Source: Rhina ancylostomus (Eukaryota). From it: DNA of 64,000 nucleotides. Under the pieces are notes generated by a model that did no database searches, was not told the origin of the DNA, and saw only the letters and a list, made by a program, of their open reading frames with translations. The stretch covers positions 27,599,800-27,663,799 of the forward strand of contig JARFYF010000058.1 of NCBI GenBank assembly GCA_030265395.1, given 5' to 3'. Positions 1 through 13,295 of this stretch are shown here, one piece after another (within the stretch, counting starts at the first letter, position 1; the number at the start of each line of letters is the position of its first letter). The position numbers and the translations under genes were made by a program.

Positions 1-117
1 TGTACTAACCCAATGTAACTGCACTGCGTAATGAATTGACCTGTACGATCGGTGTGCAAGACAAGTTTTTCACTGTAACTCGGTTCGCGTGCCAATAATA
101 AACCAACACCAATACCA
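1..117 (+). mobile_element. 3' tail of a Rex1/Babar-like LINE
   Basis: Ends ...caagtttttcactgtaactcggttcgcgtgccaataataaacc-aacacc-aatacc; same tail type as the minus-strand copy at ~54972-55240 that adjoins Rex1-like ORF sequence. Confidence 0.6.
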
Positions 118-619
118 TTGTCTTGTTTTTGTCCAACATTTTCCTTGCTCTGTTGTTAGCTGTCCTAGGCTTACTTGGTATACCCCAACATTTCTTACAT
201 CCCAACCCTTTTAAGCCCATAACATACCTTACTGAGGTCCCAGGCTACTGCATCACAATAGAAACAAGACTGGCAATGCCCAGTTGGTTATTCCCAGGAT
301 AACAAGCACCAACCACCCCAAGTGCTTCAAAACTCAGATCCTGAATCAGCTGCACAAGTATGACTCATCCCGGGAAGACCAGGAAATGGTTATTACTGTG
401 GTACAACTCATCCGCAATGCATCATTAATGGCATAGTACTGAAATAAACAGAACTGTACAATTAAATTTCTAGGCCACAATGTGCTATATTGTATTCTTG
501 GCAAATTCTGTACTGAAAGTGAAAGCTGTTTGTGCTGGAAATTGGGAAAATTTTACAGCTAAGGGTAGATATGTTGAGTTTATATCCTTGTCCAAAGAAC
601 ATAAAAAACTACAACAGGA

Positions 620-1040
620 TGAGTCCATTCTGCCCCTTGCATCTACCCCTAACCTTAATGAGATCATGGCTAATCTTTTACCTCAACACTTCTTCTGTGC
701 ACTAACCCTATTTCCCTTGGTTTTCTCACTATCCAAAAATCTATCAGTCACTCTTTCGAATATACTCCATGACTGACCCTCCATGGCCATCTTGGGTCGA
801 TAATTCCAAAGGCTAACTACCCCCCGGATGAAGAACTCTTTCATATAAATCCTTAGTCCTTAACCCCTTTATTTTGTGACTGGTTCTGGAAACCCCAGCC
901 AGGGAAAAGTCATCCTAGCATTCATCACCTTGAGCCTTTGCGAACTTCTTTGTTTCAATGACATCATCTCTCATTCTTCTAAGCTCTAGACTGTATGAGT
1001 CCAGTCTGTTTAAGATCCCCTCACAGGATAATGTTCCTCA
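620..1040 (-). mobile_element. Degenerate CR1 LINE 3' fragment
   Basis: Diverged match to CR1 3' ends elsewhere in the window (gatcatggctaatct, aattccaaaggctaactaccccccggatgaagaa, tgtttcaatgacatcatctctcattcttctaa). Confidence 0.55.
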
Positions 1041-3078
1041 CACCCACACCCCAATGGGCTTGGATCAGAAAGTTCTGAAGATCGCGTAATTAATTTTCTC
1101 ATTGTAGTGGGTGAGGATTTCTGAAATCTGCTTTGAATCTCCATGTGTCTTCTACACTGCCACAAAATGCCCAAGGTCCAACCACAACAGTGTTTCAGTT
1201 TCCCATCCAAGGCATCCTTATAACTCCATTGAATGAGGTAAGAAGCTTTGTACAGGGTTCTTCAATGTGGATCGTGGACAGTTGATTCTGGACTTAAGAG
1301 AGAAAGGGGAAATCTCATTGCTTCATTCCTTCTGCCATGGCTAGTTTACCAATGGAGAAGCCTCAGTGTTCAACAAAATGGTCATCTCCTGGTTAACTAC
1401 ATTAGGTTCAATGGTTTAAACTCTCTAGAACCAACAGTTTCCTTCTTCAAGTATCAGAGAACAAAGATCTAGGTAGTATCCGGGATAATTTAAAATACAG
1501 AGAAATAAAAACCTAAGATATCAACAGTCCTGAAAATAGGGGCAAAAAGTCAATAAATAATAGTTTGATTATACTAATTTCTGGGGAACTGATAGGATAA
1601 AAGATTGAATGCAAAGGAAGACAAAAAAAAAGTTACTAATGGACAGGTGGGGAGGAATGGAAAGTCAGCCCTAAAGACTCCATGGTTGCCAATGACTGCA
1701 AGTTGCCATCAAAAAGCAATAAACGCATTACTGCTTTTAAAGTTATTTTAAAGGGTGTCATTTCTGGCTCAGTGGCAGCTCTCTTCCCTCACCAATAGTA
1801 CATGGGCAAACAAGTTTTAAATGATAATGAGTGTGCAGAGGGGCTGCATTTGGAATGTATGCCTCTGACTGGGAGCATCATTCACCAAGAAAATCTATAG
1901 TAACACCACGGATGAGCTCCCTATGATTTCCCATTCATTCAGTTGATATGAGACTGCTGCATAAGCACTGGGGCTTCATGCTGGGAGCACTCAGTCAGAA
2001 AGGCTGTTGTTGCATAATACAGCCAATTTGAGCAGTATAAATCCACAGAGTTAACAACTCAAAAACATGTTTCAGAAACCAGATTGGTATTGCATGAATT
2101 GAGATGTATTCCAAAAACTAATAAATTATTAACCAATCACATGATCTTAATGCTACAATGTGGGAGTTACAAAGGTGTGTATGAAATTTCTGCCTCCAGT
2201 TTTAACAGAGGCGTTAACATATTTAAAATAAAGGGATCAATGTTTTTATTCAAGTAGCAGAGGAAGAAACCTCATTTAAATTCTTTAAGCACTTGTAATT
2301 AGTTTCCCACGGCTTTATCTCACAGTCAACATGTTTATACACCCCACTAAGTGTAGTAATAGATAAAATTAGAATATGAATCTATGTTTTAGACCACTAT
2401 ATTTTTAATTTTACACAACAAATCGTCATATAAAATCCAGTAATCCATATCAGCATTCGTCACTCCCTAGACTTGTAACAGGTTCTCAAATGTCTGGAAT
2501 TTACTACCCAGGAGCAGTTGGATCCTAGCCACAGCCAGCACCATTTCACCCAATCTCAGATTTAGGTCAATCCAGGTNNNNNNNNNNNNNNNNNNNNNNN
2601 NNNNNNNNNNNNNNNNNNNNNNNNNNNNNNNNNNNNNNNNNNNNNNNNNNNNNNNNNNNNNNNNNNNNNNNNNNNNNNNNNNNNNNNNNNNNNNNNNNNN
2701 NNNNNNNNNNNNNNNNNNNNNNNNNNNNNNNNNNNNNNNNNNNNNNNNNNNNNNNNNNNNNNNNNNNNNNNNNNNNNNNNNNNNNNNNNNNNNNNNNNNN
2801 NNNNNNNNNNNNNNNNNNNNNNNNNNNNNNNNNNNNNNNNNNNNNNNNNNNNNNNNNNNNNNNNNNNNNNNNNNNNNNNNNNNNNNNNNNNNNNNNNNNN
2901 NNNNNNNNNNNNNNNNNNNNNNNNNNNNNNNNNNNNNNNNNNNNNNNNNNNNNNNNNNNNNNNNNNNNNNNNNNNNNNNNNNNNNNNNNNNNNNNNNNNN
3001 NNNNNNNNNNNNNNNNNNNNNNNNNNNNNNNNNNNNNNNNNNNNNNNNNNNNNNNNNNNNNNNNNNNNNNNNNNNNNN

Positions 3079-3207
3079 TTCCTCCGGGTGCTCCGGTTTC
3101 CTCCCACATTCCAAAGACGTACAGGTTAGTAGGTTAATGCGGGTGTAATTGGGTGGCATGGGCTCGCTGGGTTGGAAGGGCCTGTTACCATGCTGTATAA
3201 ATAAAGT
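3079..3207 (+). mobile_element. V-SINE 3' part with CR1-type tail, truncated by gap
   Basis: V-domain core cctccgggtgctccggtttcctcccacattccaaagacg followed by gaagggcctgttaccatgctgtat tail. Confidence 0.8.
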
Positions 3208-4459
3208 TTAAAAATTTTTAACAATCTGTTTATACTCATTACAACAAATCAGCAGAGATGAAAGGTCCAGATTATTTTGTCTTATGTTCTAACTGGGTGG
3301 TAGACAAGCTCTGAGAATTTTCAGTTAACTTTCATCAACAGCATCTCTGCAACTATGCTCCTTTCCTACAGCGCCACTTCACTCACTTTTCTGCTCCAAA
3401 CAATAATGAGGAATTCGCATTCTTCCACCAAAACCAGTAATGGGGTCAGAAAGTTGTGTGGTGTTGAAAGATGTGAAAAGATGTCAATTAGCACAATCTC
3501 AATACATTTGTGCCAGCCAGTCCTTGAGTGCATTGCAATCAGAGGGAAATAACACTCATCAATAGTTTGCATCTATAGAAATGATCAAAATCCTCAGAAG
3601 AAAATTTTAAAAAAACAAAGATGCTGGAAATCTGCAACCAAAACATTAAATGCTGGAAAGACTCAACAAGTCAGGCCTGACATGCGGGGTGTTTCCAACA
3701 TTTTCTGTTTCAAAATTCCTACATGTTTGTTCATTCAACCACAATGCAGAGAACCAAGGGAACAGATCCAATAATGTTTCAAAGGAAATTGGAGATAGAT
3801 ATGTGAAGGGGGTACTTTGGTGGTGGGTTGGGGGAGAGGGTGGGTGGGCTTAGGGGGAAAGAGCAGGGGACTGGGGCTAATTAGATAGCTCTTTCAAAGA
3901 ACTAACCCAGACACAATGTGCCTCCTTCTTTGCTGAACCACTCAAAGAATCTATGGACAGTTCCTGGTGAGTACCTAATAAGAAAAAGCTAATTTTAATG
4001 GTGAGGCCAGGTTTAGTGATGAAGAGAGGAGGGAGGCAGTCTATAAAGGTTAAAACATGTCAATGACTGAATACACTCATTCCCAAAGATACAGAGGTAG
4101 TAAATTAAAGGAGCAGGAGAAAACATATCATAGATATTATTGTGCATTGGCACCAATAGGCATTTATAAATGAAAAGTTGTATTCAAGTAATACAAAAAC
4201 ATTTAATAAGGGAATGCTAGCAACATTTAAAAGGCATGATGTGATCATAGACAGAATTTACTGCTGGGATGAAATTATGTGATTTATTTCAGCCCAGTCT
4301 CGCTGCTGCTTTGTTTAAAGCCAAAATTAGCACACAAAAAAATTGCACAACTTGAAGGTTTTGGACTACCAAACAATAAGGAACTATCTCGGAAGAAGCT
4401 ATTTCTTTTAACCTACAGAGAGAAAGAGTTTAGGATCGGTTAGAGTTTGAGAGAAGAAA

Positions 4460-4745
4460 GTGTAGTGGTTAGTGTAACACTATTACAGCACCAGCGATCT
4501 GGGTTCAATTCTGGCCACTGTCTGTAAGGAGTTTTGTACGTTCTCCCTGTGTCTGCGTGGTTTTCCTCCGGGTGCTCCAGTTGCCTTCCTCAGTCCAAAG
4601 ACGTACGGGTTAGGAAGTTGTGGGCATGCACTGTTGGCGTCGGAAGCGTGGTGACACTTGTGGGCTGCCCCCAGAACACTCGATGCAAAAGATGCATTTC
4701 ACTGTGTGTTTTGATTTACATGTGACTAATGAAGATACCTTATCA
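4460..4745 (+). mobile_element. tRNA-derived V-SINE, Rex1-type tail subfamily
   Basis: A-box-like tagtggttag, B-box gggttcaattc, V-domain ttcctccgggtgctcc, tail gatgcatttcactgtgtgttttgatttacatgtgactaat; homologous copies at 34317, 44370, 56266. Confidence 0.85.
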
Positions 4746-6699
4746 TATATTTTAAACTATAAATAATTAATGACACAAGGAACTGGAGATAATTATTGGT
4801 AGTCTTTACATTGTGATGAGAATTATATATTATTGTTTTCAATCTAATTCATTCAGGTGATATGGCATTAAATAAATGTCATTTTTATATGTTCATCTTC
4901 AACCTCCAAACCTATAGAATATTTTATCAATCAATGTAAAATGGTCTTTTTTGCAAGTAAATTTTGCAAATATAAATACTTATCACATTGTAGTATATTC
5001 TAACAGGGGGTTGATATTTAAAACAAAGTGTGTCACTGTCTTTATAAACCAATGCAGTGTAATATTATGAGCTGGCCTGTTATTATCATTTATAATATAA
5101 CTGCAAGTTAATACTATTACAGAAGAGGCATTGAGATTTTCTGGAAAGCTGTGTGTTAACCACAGTGACTGATTGTGGAGAATGGCAGTGACAGTTATAA
5201 GGGGAAACTGGAGAAATAGATGGGGGGAAAGAGAATGAAAGGTTATGATGGCAAGTTGAGAGGAAGTAGGATGGAAGGAAGGTCACATGGAGTAAATTTT
5301 ATGCAATTTTATCTAATATAGATAACTGTTAATAATCTAATGTGTGTGGTTGTAACACCAGAGAATGCAAAAGGGGCAACAGAGAGCCTGGCTGACATAA
5401 TAGGTGACTGAAAACCTGTTGTGCCCTTCTCCATAAATGATCATATGGTAATACCATAATTGACCATTATATACTGTGCTTACACCATCTTTGAAACAAA
5501 TTGTTATCAATCCAAACTTTCACTCATGAAAGCCTAGACAGTATTATAAATACATAAAAAAGAGTACCATACATAAATCAAACATAAACCATCCAAAAAC
5601 ACATATTTTATGAAAAGCTGCACAGTATGCAAAACTACCATCTCTGTATATTGCTATATATGATCCTGTAAAGCCTTAGACATTATTTATGTGAGCATTA
5701 TGCACACACTATCTACATTCTCTCTCAAGTACTTTGTTGAGGTTAAGGCCAATTGCAATTTTTCCAACACGACCTCATTCTCTTCCACAATCCCAAACTT
5801 ATTCACCTGACCTTCCTTACATTTCCCTTTCAGCTTCTGTCTGTAGGTCCAATGCCAGCAAACAACAATATTTTTTTAAATTTAATATGCCTTCTTGTTT
5901 TTGCAACTATGAAAGCATCCAGTATTATGGAAATTGTCTCTACTAATGGCTTATTTAATTTTAAAACTAAAGAACCTTAAACAAGTCTTCAAGCTCCAAA
6001 CTTTAACACATTGTCTTTTTTACAGGTGACCAATTGAAATTTGTTGTCTATGCAGGTATCCTTGATTTAGAAATAACATGTTAATTTTTAAAAACTCAAT
6101 TTCGTTAATCTGTAATTACTACTTCAATAATTTCCAAAAGTAAATTGAACTGAATTTGTACATATTCTAATTGTGAAACTAAACTAGATTTTTAAAAAAT
6201 AAAACAAAATACATCTATTTCCATTTAAATCTCAATTATGGTCTATCCTAATTGCTTTTCCAAGTCTGAATAACAAAAATGGCCCTTGAGTACAATAGAA
6301 AGCTCACAATACTGAGATAGAAAGTAAATGTGTTTCTACTCCTCTCTGCTATGAATCCTCAATTTACAAGCAGAAAAAGCACTGCAAATAAAGTAGCATT
6401 CTTGAATGAGTCATATTCATCCTCTTCTCAATTATAATCCTTGCCCTAAATCTCAGATAACTCTTAGGCCTGAATGTGGGGGTGGTTTCTACTCATTGTG
6501 GCTCCAAACAGCACTATGATTCAGCCAACTATAGAACAGTGTTCAACTCAACTCCAATTTGCAATTGTGTGCCCTGATAAAAATTCAGCTTGATACCTTA
6601 ATTCTGTTTCTCCCTCTGTGTATGGTACTTGAGTATTTCTGCTTTCCAGTAACAAATGTTCTTCCTACTCTACTTGCCTTTATGTAGTGGGTTCAATGA

Positions 6700-7070
6700 A
6701 AGAACATACCTAAAGGCAGCTCACAGAACTGTAATAATCCACAAACTAACACTGAGCCAAAGAAGATGACATTGGGTTGGTTGAGTGACTAATTACTTGG
6801 TTAGAGGTAGGTGTAACTACAATCCTGCATAAGGAAGGGGGAACATGTGGAATTTTTTTGAGCTTAGAACCAAGATGGGTCGAAGCACTGTTACCAATAG
6901 TGGGTGGAGGAATGGAAGATGAGCAAGAATTTAAATATGGGTAAAATCAAAGGTTTTAAAGGGTTGTTGGGCTGGGGGATTTAGAGGATTAGAGAAGGAC
7001 AAGACTATGAAAGGATTTGAACACAGATGAGGTTAGTAAGTTAGAAGCTTTGGAGAATAAGGCCTAATCC
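6700..7070 (-). mobile_element. Old L2-like LINE 3' fragment
   Basis: Purine-rich degenerate sequence resembling an antisense L2 3' end (acactgagccaaagaag, ggttagaggtaggt, aaggatttgaacacag); similar to 34490-35100. Confidence 0.4.
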
Positions 7071-9152
7071 TTAAGCAAACTTGCAATCCAAGCAAGTTTT
7101 AACCCTACTACAACTACTTTCCAATGACAAACATGTTATAAAAACCGCTGTAATATTATCTGGACCAGTACTTTCATTACGTTATTGAGTAAGCAGACAA
7201 TCTACAGATCAGGCTCCCTGTAGGGTCAAGTGTACCTTATGCTGGTCATTCAAATGCAAATTAGATAGCTTTCTCTTTGAAAGTAACATTTTTGGGTATG
7301 GTGTATGAGTAATCCACAACGTAACATATGGTAAATGTAGCTTGTTTGGGAGGAGCAGGTGACCATGGGCATATAAATTCCAAAATGCACCACCACTGGG
7401 AGTTTTCCTCACATCATGTCTGTGTCTGTTGTAGACTAGTTGTTAGAGATTAATTACTATGATTAGCCAACTCTGCCATTATTGTTGTATCATGCAATTA
7501 TCAGGATGGCAGAAGACCAACCAGATACACATTGGACTTTGCTTATCCAGTGATTCCACTGCTGATACCCTCAGATATATGACGATATTTTTTGCTGACC
7601 TCCAAAAGAGAATTCTTTCCATCCTAGTGATGAACATGCCAGCAAAAAGAAATAAGCACCATTTTACAATGAACATAGATGCTGTCATGTTCAATGGAAC
7701 CTAAAATGATTTGAGGTATGTCTCTGTAAGGATTTAATTGTGTTTGGCACACACCAAAAACTTGTGGCTGTAGTGGAGATTCTGATGCCAGTTTTGATTT
7801 AGCCCCATCATCATATCACCACCAAAGGACTGAACCAGAGATTTCTGGATTGTGATATCCATGTTAACAATGTGCTCCCACCCTGAAGTTAATCAATATT
7901 ACACAGAAAGATGGTAAAATTTGAGATAAAGGAGCATTGAAGATAAGAACGCAGTAGGGGACTTTAGTGAACAATGTGCACAGCAGTCTGACTCCAATAA
8001 AGCAGTGGGTTTCTTAGATTGTGGGAGAGAGAGGCAGATGATGGAGAAGAAAGCATGGTGAATTAAGAGTCAAGTTGGCCAAAGAAGATGTAATAAAGTG
8101 GGAAAGGTTGGATTAAAATAGAAAAAGGAAAATAAGGAAAATATTAAATTTTACATTTATAAAAAACACTGCGAACACCACTACTTGCAGGAGTGGGACT
8201 CAGCACTTTTGTTTGTTCACTTTATAGTTCTCTGAGGCTCAGTGGCAAGAGAACAATATTTCATCAAGGTTAGAAAATTGCCCCAACTTTCTGAAGATTG
8301 ATCTCACTGTTTTAACTGCAAGAAGAACGAATAATTTCTTGACACTCAGAGGGAAGTCGAGCTGACTCTGAATTCTAGATTTTGGGAATTCTTGGCACAA
8401 GTCTTCTGGCAATTTGTGGGAATTCACAATTCACCAGGTGCTCCTTCTCACAACAGGTGGAAAAGATTCTGAAACTTCTCTTATTTCTCTGGCAAATTCT
8501 GGGCCATAGATGGAACAGCAATGGGCCAATGGAGGCTTTGAAATTGGTAATGAGGAAAATGTCGCACCCAGTTTTGCAATCAAATAGTCCTTATCATTGA
8601 CACTAACCCAATAAATTCTAATTTACCAGCAATTTTCCATTTCAATGCAACCACCCATAATTTGTTCTACTCACAGAGGACATTGAATTGTTTATTTGAA
8701 ATTGATACCAAGAGTCAAATGTGATGCACATTTCCTCAGGTTCCAGAATGGCCATGGCACAAACCCCTCAGAACTTAATCGTTTCCTTCAGTTTACAGGC
8801 ACGAGTCTATAATTCTTATTCCTGTAACAGTGCTACAACTGTACAATGATTCAATTGAAAACAGTCTAACGTTCCCTATAGTGCTTGCTATTTGAAATAT
8901 ATGTAGTTTGATGGCTTAATCAAAATGTGAAGTTATTCTTAAGAGAGCAGGCTTATTCTAACCATGATTTCACTGAGCCAATTGGTTGATTTTATTTGGA
9001 GCTATTCAGTAAAAATATTATGTTTGGTTTCATTGTGTTAGCATTTCTCCAAGCGTCTTTCTTGCTTTTCAATCGCCCCTCCCTCCCTTGACTGGAAGGT
9101 GTGTCAATGTTCTGTCAATTCTGATCTTGTCTGGGGTGTCAGACTGAAATAC

Positions 9153-9394
9153 CTTTATCCAGAACTGGCCCGAAGATAGCCAGGTTGTCATTGACCGTGG
9201 TACAGTTCCATCTCCTGCCCCGGAATTGATGTTGACACTCCTGGATTCCGATCTTCACCCCCTCGGCCACACTGGGCATGATCTCGATGTAGTTCCTGCA
9301 GAAGCGGAGTTGCTTTGGGACCAGACCCGGGATGCTACCGCACAGAATGGGTTGGGAACCGAGAGAAGAGTACTGATGCCCCAGAGCTAGAGAC
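9153..9394 (-). CDS. wnt3: Wnt3-subfamily ligand, coding exon 2 (242 nt, phase 2 in / phase 1 out)
   Basis: Translates SLALGHQYSSLGSQPILCGSIPGLVPKQLRFCRNYIEIMPSVAEGVKIGIQECQHQFRGRRWNCTTVNDNLAIFGPVLDK, clearly Wnt3/3a; acceptor ttatcttgtccAG|G and donor AAG|GTATTT; length matches vertebrate WNT3/WNT3A exon 2. Confidence 0.96.
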
Positions 9395-10298
9395 CTGGAC
9401 AAGATAAGAGCTGGTTAAAAACAGTCCAACTAAGGCATTATTCGTTTTAAAACTTTCATTATCAGTCAGAAACAAAGACAAAATCTTGAGCCTGCATTCT
9501 TAAATCATTCATACTACAGTTATTGGCATTTATTCGTTCTCAATACGCAGGAGAGGCCGAATCACCCCCGACGGTGCTGTTCCAAGTTTGATGCTTTCCA
9601 CGTCCCACCTTAGCGTCCCAGAAAGGATTCGCTCTCCATTTCATCAGAAACTTGCAGTCTAATTCCAATGAGTGATTTGAAACTACATGTCAAAAATCTT
9701 CGAATTATGTGAATCCCAAACGTGTGAGGTCAATAGTCGACTCTGTTAGAATATTTCTGGCCAGCAAATAATTTTTTTTTCTAACGCACTTACTGTCCCG
9801 CTTCATTATGTTTTGACGGGTTTCTGTATTTGTCTAGACTGCCGTCTGCCTTTCGTTTGTCCTTGCGACCTGTGTTTTCACGGGCACTGAGGTGCTGTTG
9901 TCGGGAAGTTTCACTTTGCTTTTAACGTTGTGCAGGAAATAATTATACAAGCAAGCCCACGGTAACAATCAGTTCGGACGTCGCCGAAGTTAACGAATAT
10001 GGGAGATGTATTTGTAATGAGCAACAGCGGTTGGCAGATCTGGGCGACTCACTGTCCCTTCTCTGCCAATTCTGACTACATTCTCGAAGCAGATTTTTGT
10101 TTTGGGGGGTGGGATTGATGCAGGAGAAATAAATAATAAAGAACTTACTCCTAGAGGTGTGCTGAAAATAAGCAGTTCCTCCGTTTTTTGGGATATACAT
10201 ATATTGATCAGTCACTATTGTGCCCCTGGAAGACAGAGGCTGGGGAAACAGAGAACTTCGGACAGGAATTCTCGGGATAATCCACAGTTAAACAAATC

Positions 10299-11770
10299 TG
10301 GGCAAAGCAGATCCCACACACTTAAGCATCAAGTCGCTACCACGCAGAGTTTGTGCACCACACACCTTAGAACTGTTATGGGGTAATTCCGAAGACTTCC
10401 CTATCGTTACACAGTATTACCCCCTATATCCCCCTCGAACCCTCCCCCCTCCCGTTACCATTTCTCCCACCTGAGATCCCATTAACTGTCTCCTCAAAAT
10501 GCAAACCCTCCTCGCGGGTATNNNNNNNNNNNNNNNNNNNNNNNNNNNNNNNNNNNNNNNNNNNNNNNNNNNNNNNNNNNNNNNNNNNNNNNNNNNNNNN
10601 NNNNNNNNNNNNNNNNNNNNNCCCCCTCCCGTTACCATTTCTCCCACCTGAGATCCCATTAACTGTCTCCTCAAAATGCAAACCCTCCTCGCGGGTATTC
10701 CAGTTCTCTGTAATTATAAATTTCGAACATTTTTACCTTCCAAAAAATTACATTCCAACACATTTTCCTGGGCACCATAGCTGGCCAGATTCACTGGCCG
10801 TATTCCCTTATGTTGATAAATTCCTCACTCCGGCAAAAAAAAATATTGAAAAGTTGCCAAACAATGATTATACCAACATTACTAATTGCCGATTGTTACT
10901 CAGACAAATCAGATCCCAATTCTGGCCTTGTGTAGGTAGCGCCTTCAGGTTTAAATAGTGTCAATACAAAGTTATTTTGTCAGTTTGTGGAATAGTGGTG
11001 CACGTCCCAGACTCAATTGTGAACAAACACTTTCTATATCCAATCACCTCCCGACCACATCACAAGGTCTTTTACCAGTTTTGACGGTACAAGAAATTCC
11101 ATTATTTCTGAATAGAATCGAACTTGTTTTTGGTGGGGATAAGATCCCTCTACTGCCCCTTCAATAGATGGAGTGTTTCATAATTGCTAATCGCTTTTAA
11201 ATTTAATTAAATCCAATGACGAATGCATGTAATGTACCAAAAAACGTGCTTTCACCGTTAATATAGCTGACAGTCTAAGCGGAAAACGCGGCTAACATAT
11301 AACCTTACCTATTTAATAAATTTTAAAGGCCGCTACATTGCCGAACACAATGAAATATTTTGTAGCAATAAGTACGTTAGCTTATATATAAATAAATATG
11401 ATCACTGGATGGGAAGAAATTATCCATATTTAAATGTAGATATTCAGAAATTTGTGCCTACAACTGGAGCAATGATGGGCAAAGCAGATCCCACACACTT
11501 AAGCATCAAGTCGCTACCACACAGAGTTTGTGCACCACACACCTTAGAACCGTTATGGGGTAATTCCGAAGACTTCCCCATCGTTACACAGTATTACCCC
11601 CTATATCCCCCTCGAACCCTCCCCCTCCCGTTACCATTTCTCCCACCTGAGATCCCATTAACTGTCTCCTCAAAATGCAAACCCTCCTCGCGGGTATTCC
11701 AGTTCTCTGTAATTATAAATTTCGAACATTTTTACCTTCCAAAAAATTACATTCCAACAAATTTTCCTGG
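10299..11770 (+). repeat. ~295-bp near-identical direct repeat pair (10299-10771 including a gap; 11476-11770)
   Basis: About 5 differences seen by eye over ~295 bp; ~700 bp of unrelated spacer. Confidence 0.9.
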
Positions 11771-11869
11771 TAAAAATTCTCTCTGAAGCATAAACAAATC
11801 GATCTACATATGTACATTATAAATGTAGCGGATCCACAATACACTCCCTCGTGTACATACAAATATTAG

Positions 11870-12175
11870 GGCAAAATACTGGAGACAATGGAAATCTGAA
11901 ATAAAACACGGAAATTCTAGAAGTATTCACTAAGCTTCTGTGGAGAGATGAGAAGAATGTTTCAGCTGGATGACTTTTAACCATAGAACCATAGAACAAT
12001 ACAGCACAATACAGGCCCTCTTTTCATTGGAACAAACGGCTTTAGGAAAGTTGCATTTAAGTAGCATCTTGGAATCTGTTTATTTCTCATATTTCCTACT
12101 TCTGATGGAAGGTAGTGGACTTGAAAAGTTAACTTTTCTCTCCGCAGATGCTACTTGACCTACCATTTCCAGATG
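11870..12175. mobile_element. Degenerate Penelope-terminus-derived fold-back element with inserted CR1 tail
   Basis: Left arm gaaatctgaaataaaacacggaaattctagaa...ctgtggagag; right arm ctgatggaaggtagtggacttgaaaagttaact...cagatgctacttgacc; catagaaccatagaacaatacagcac CR1 tail between. Confidence 0.55.
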
Positions 12176-13256
12176 TGTCACCTTAGTTATTTACACACCT
12201 GTAAATGCAGCCATTGATATATCAGTATGTATTTTTAGAATACAGTATGTAAGTGGTCATAACCTCTGGATAATTCATGCATTGGAGCTTTTGATATATA
12301 TATATTGAGGTTTTGGAAAATCTATTAGCTCAGAAGATGGAAGAGACTGTTTGCTCTTATTTCTTTTCCTCATTTTCAAGAAGAATTTTGGTGCTGCTGG
12401 AAACTCTCTTGTTTAATTGGCAGTGAGAAACTGCAAATATTTCAATTGCTGACTCACGTGAGGCAATGAGAAGACAGTGGCATGAAAAGCAAAAGACGGG
12501 GCATTTTAGTCAGCCTGACTGGTCCAAAACAAAATGAATTAGACTATTGAAGTAAACAAAATGTTTTCATGAAAACAGAGAGAAAGTTTTGGAACAGAGA
12601 GGAGGTGGGGTGGGGCAGCAGGATCTGGTGGCGGTAGGGGTGTGGGAGAAGTTGGTGGTGTAGGTGCCATGGTTTCTGGGCACCCAGGATCTGCCATTGA
12701 GCCGAGCAAGTGACACAATGGAGAATTATTGGAGTGGGTTTAAGGGTGACAGCAGAGGAAATGAAAATGAGTTTCAGAGGGTAGTTCAAAGGGCAAGACG
12801 TAGCAGAATCAATGGCCATGAGATAGGATAGTGATTGGACTGGGGAAGGGAATGGGAATCAGCAGAATGTTAAGAGATGGGGTAAGCACACTAGTGCAGG
12901 GAGGCCCCATGAGTGGACAGATGCTGGGAGATGTATCTTCTTTCCAAAGTCACCATAAGATGTGACAATTAGTAGCTCTTTCCCCATCATAATACCTCCT
13001 TTCTGAAAGGAAAAACCATGATGAAATGTTAAGAAATTAAAATAAAACAAATAAAAATTAAAGAAAGAGATAAAATGGCAGTTATAGAGAGTAAGTGAAG
13101 GGCAGAGAGTTAGAGGTAAAAAGAAGAGATCCATAGCGGAAAACAGCAGAATGTAGGCTGTGAAGTGAAGTACTAGACTACATTCTCTGATTCACCATCC
13201 ATGTATGTCATGGGAAATGTGTAGGCACAGGTATATATATTTGTATGTATGTGTGC

Positions 13257-13263
<7 letters not shown>

Positions 13264-13292
<29 letters not shown>
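13264..13292. repeat. (TA)n microsatellite within degenerate RY repeats
   Basis: Seen directly. Confidence 0.95.

Positions 13293-13295
<3 letters not shown>

Noticed and set aside
4460-4515. tRNA genes
   Set aside because: A/B-box sequences are SINE heads attached to V-domains, not complete cloverleafs
9139-9402. ORF-track boundaries (MSR...GISV) as a single-exon gene
   Set aside because: True exon limits are set by splice sites at 9394 and 9153; the extra residues are intronic
10446-10698. Apparent tandem duplications around 100-N gaps (also 49590-49770, 56420-56710, 57570-57710)
   Set aside because: Near-identical sequence on both sides of fixed-length gaps indicates unmerged contig overlaps
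10299-11770. LTR retrotransposon or TRIM reading of the direct repeats
   Set aside because: No TG...CA ends, PBS, PPT or outer target-site duplication seen
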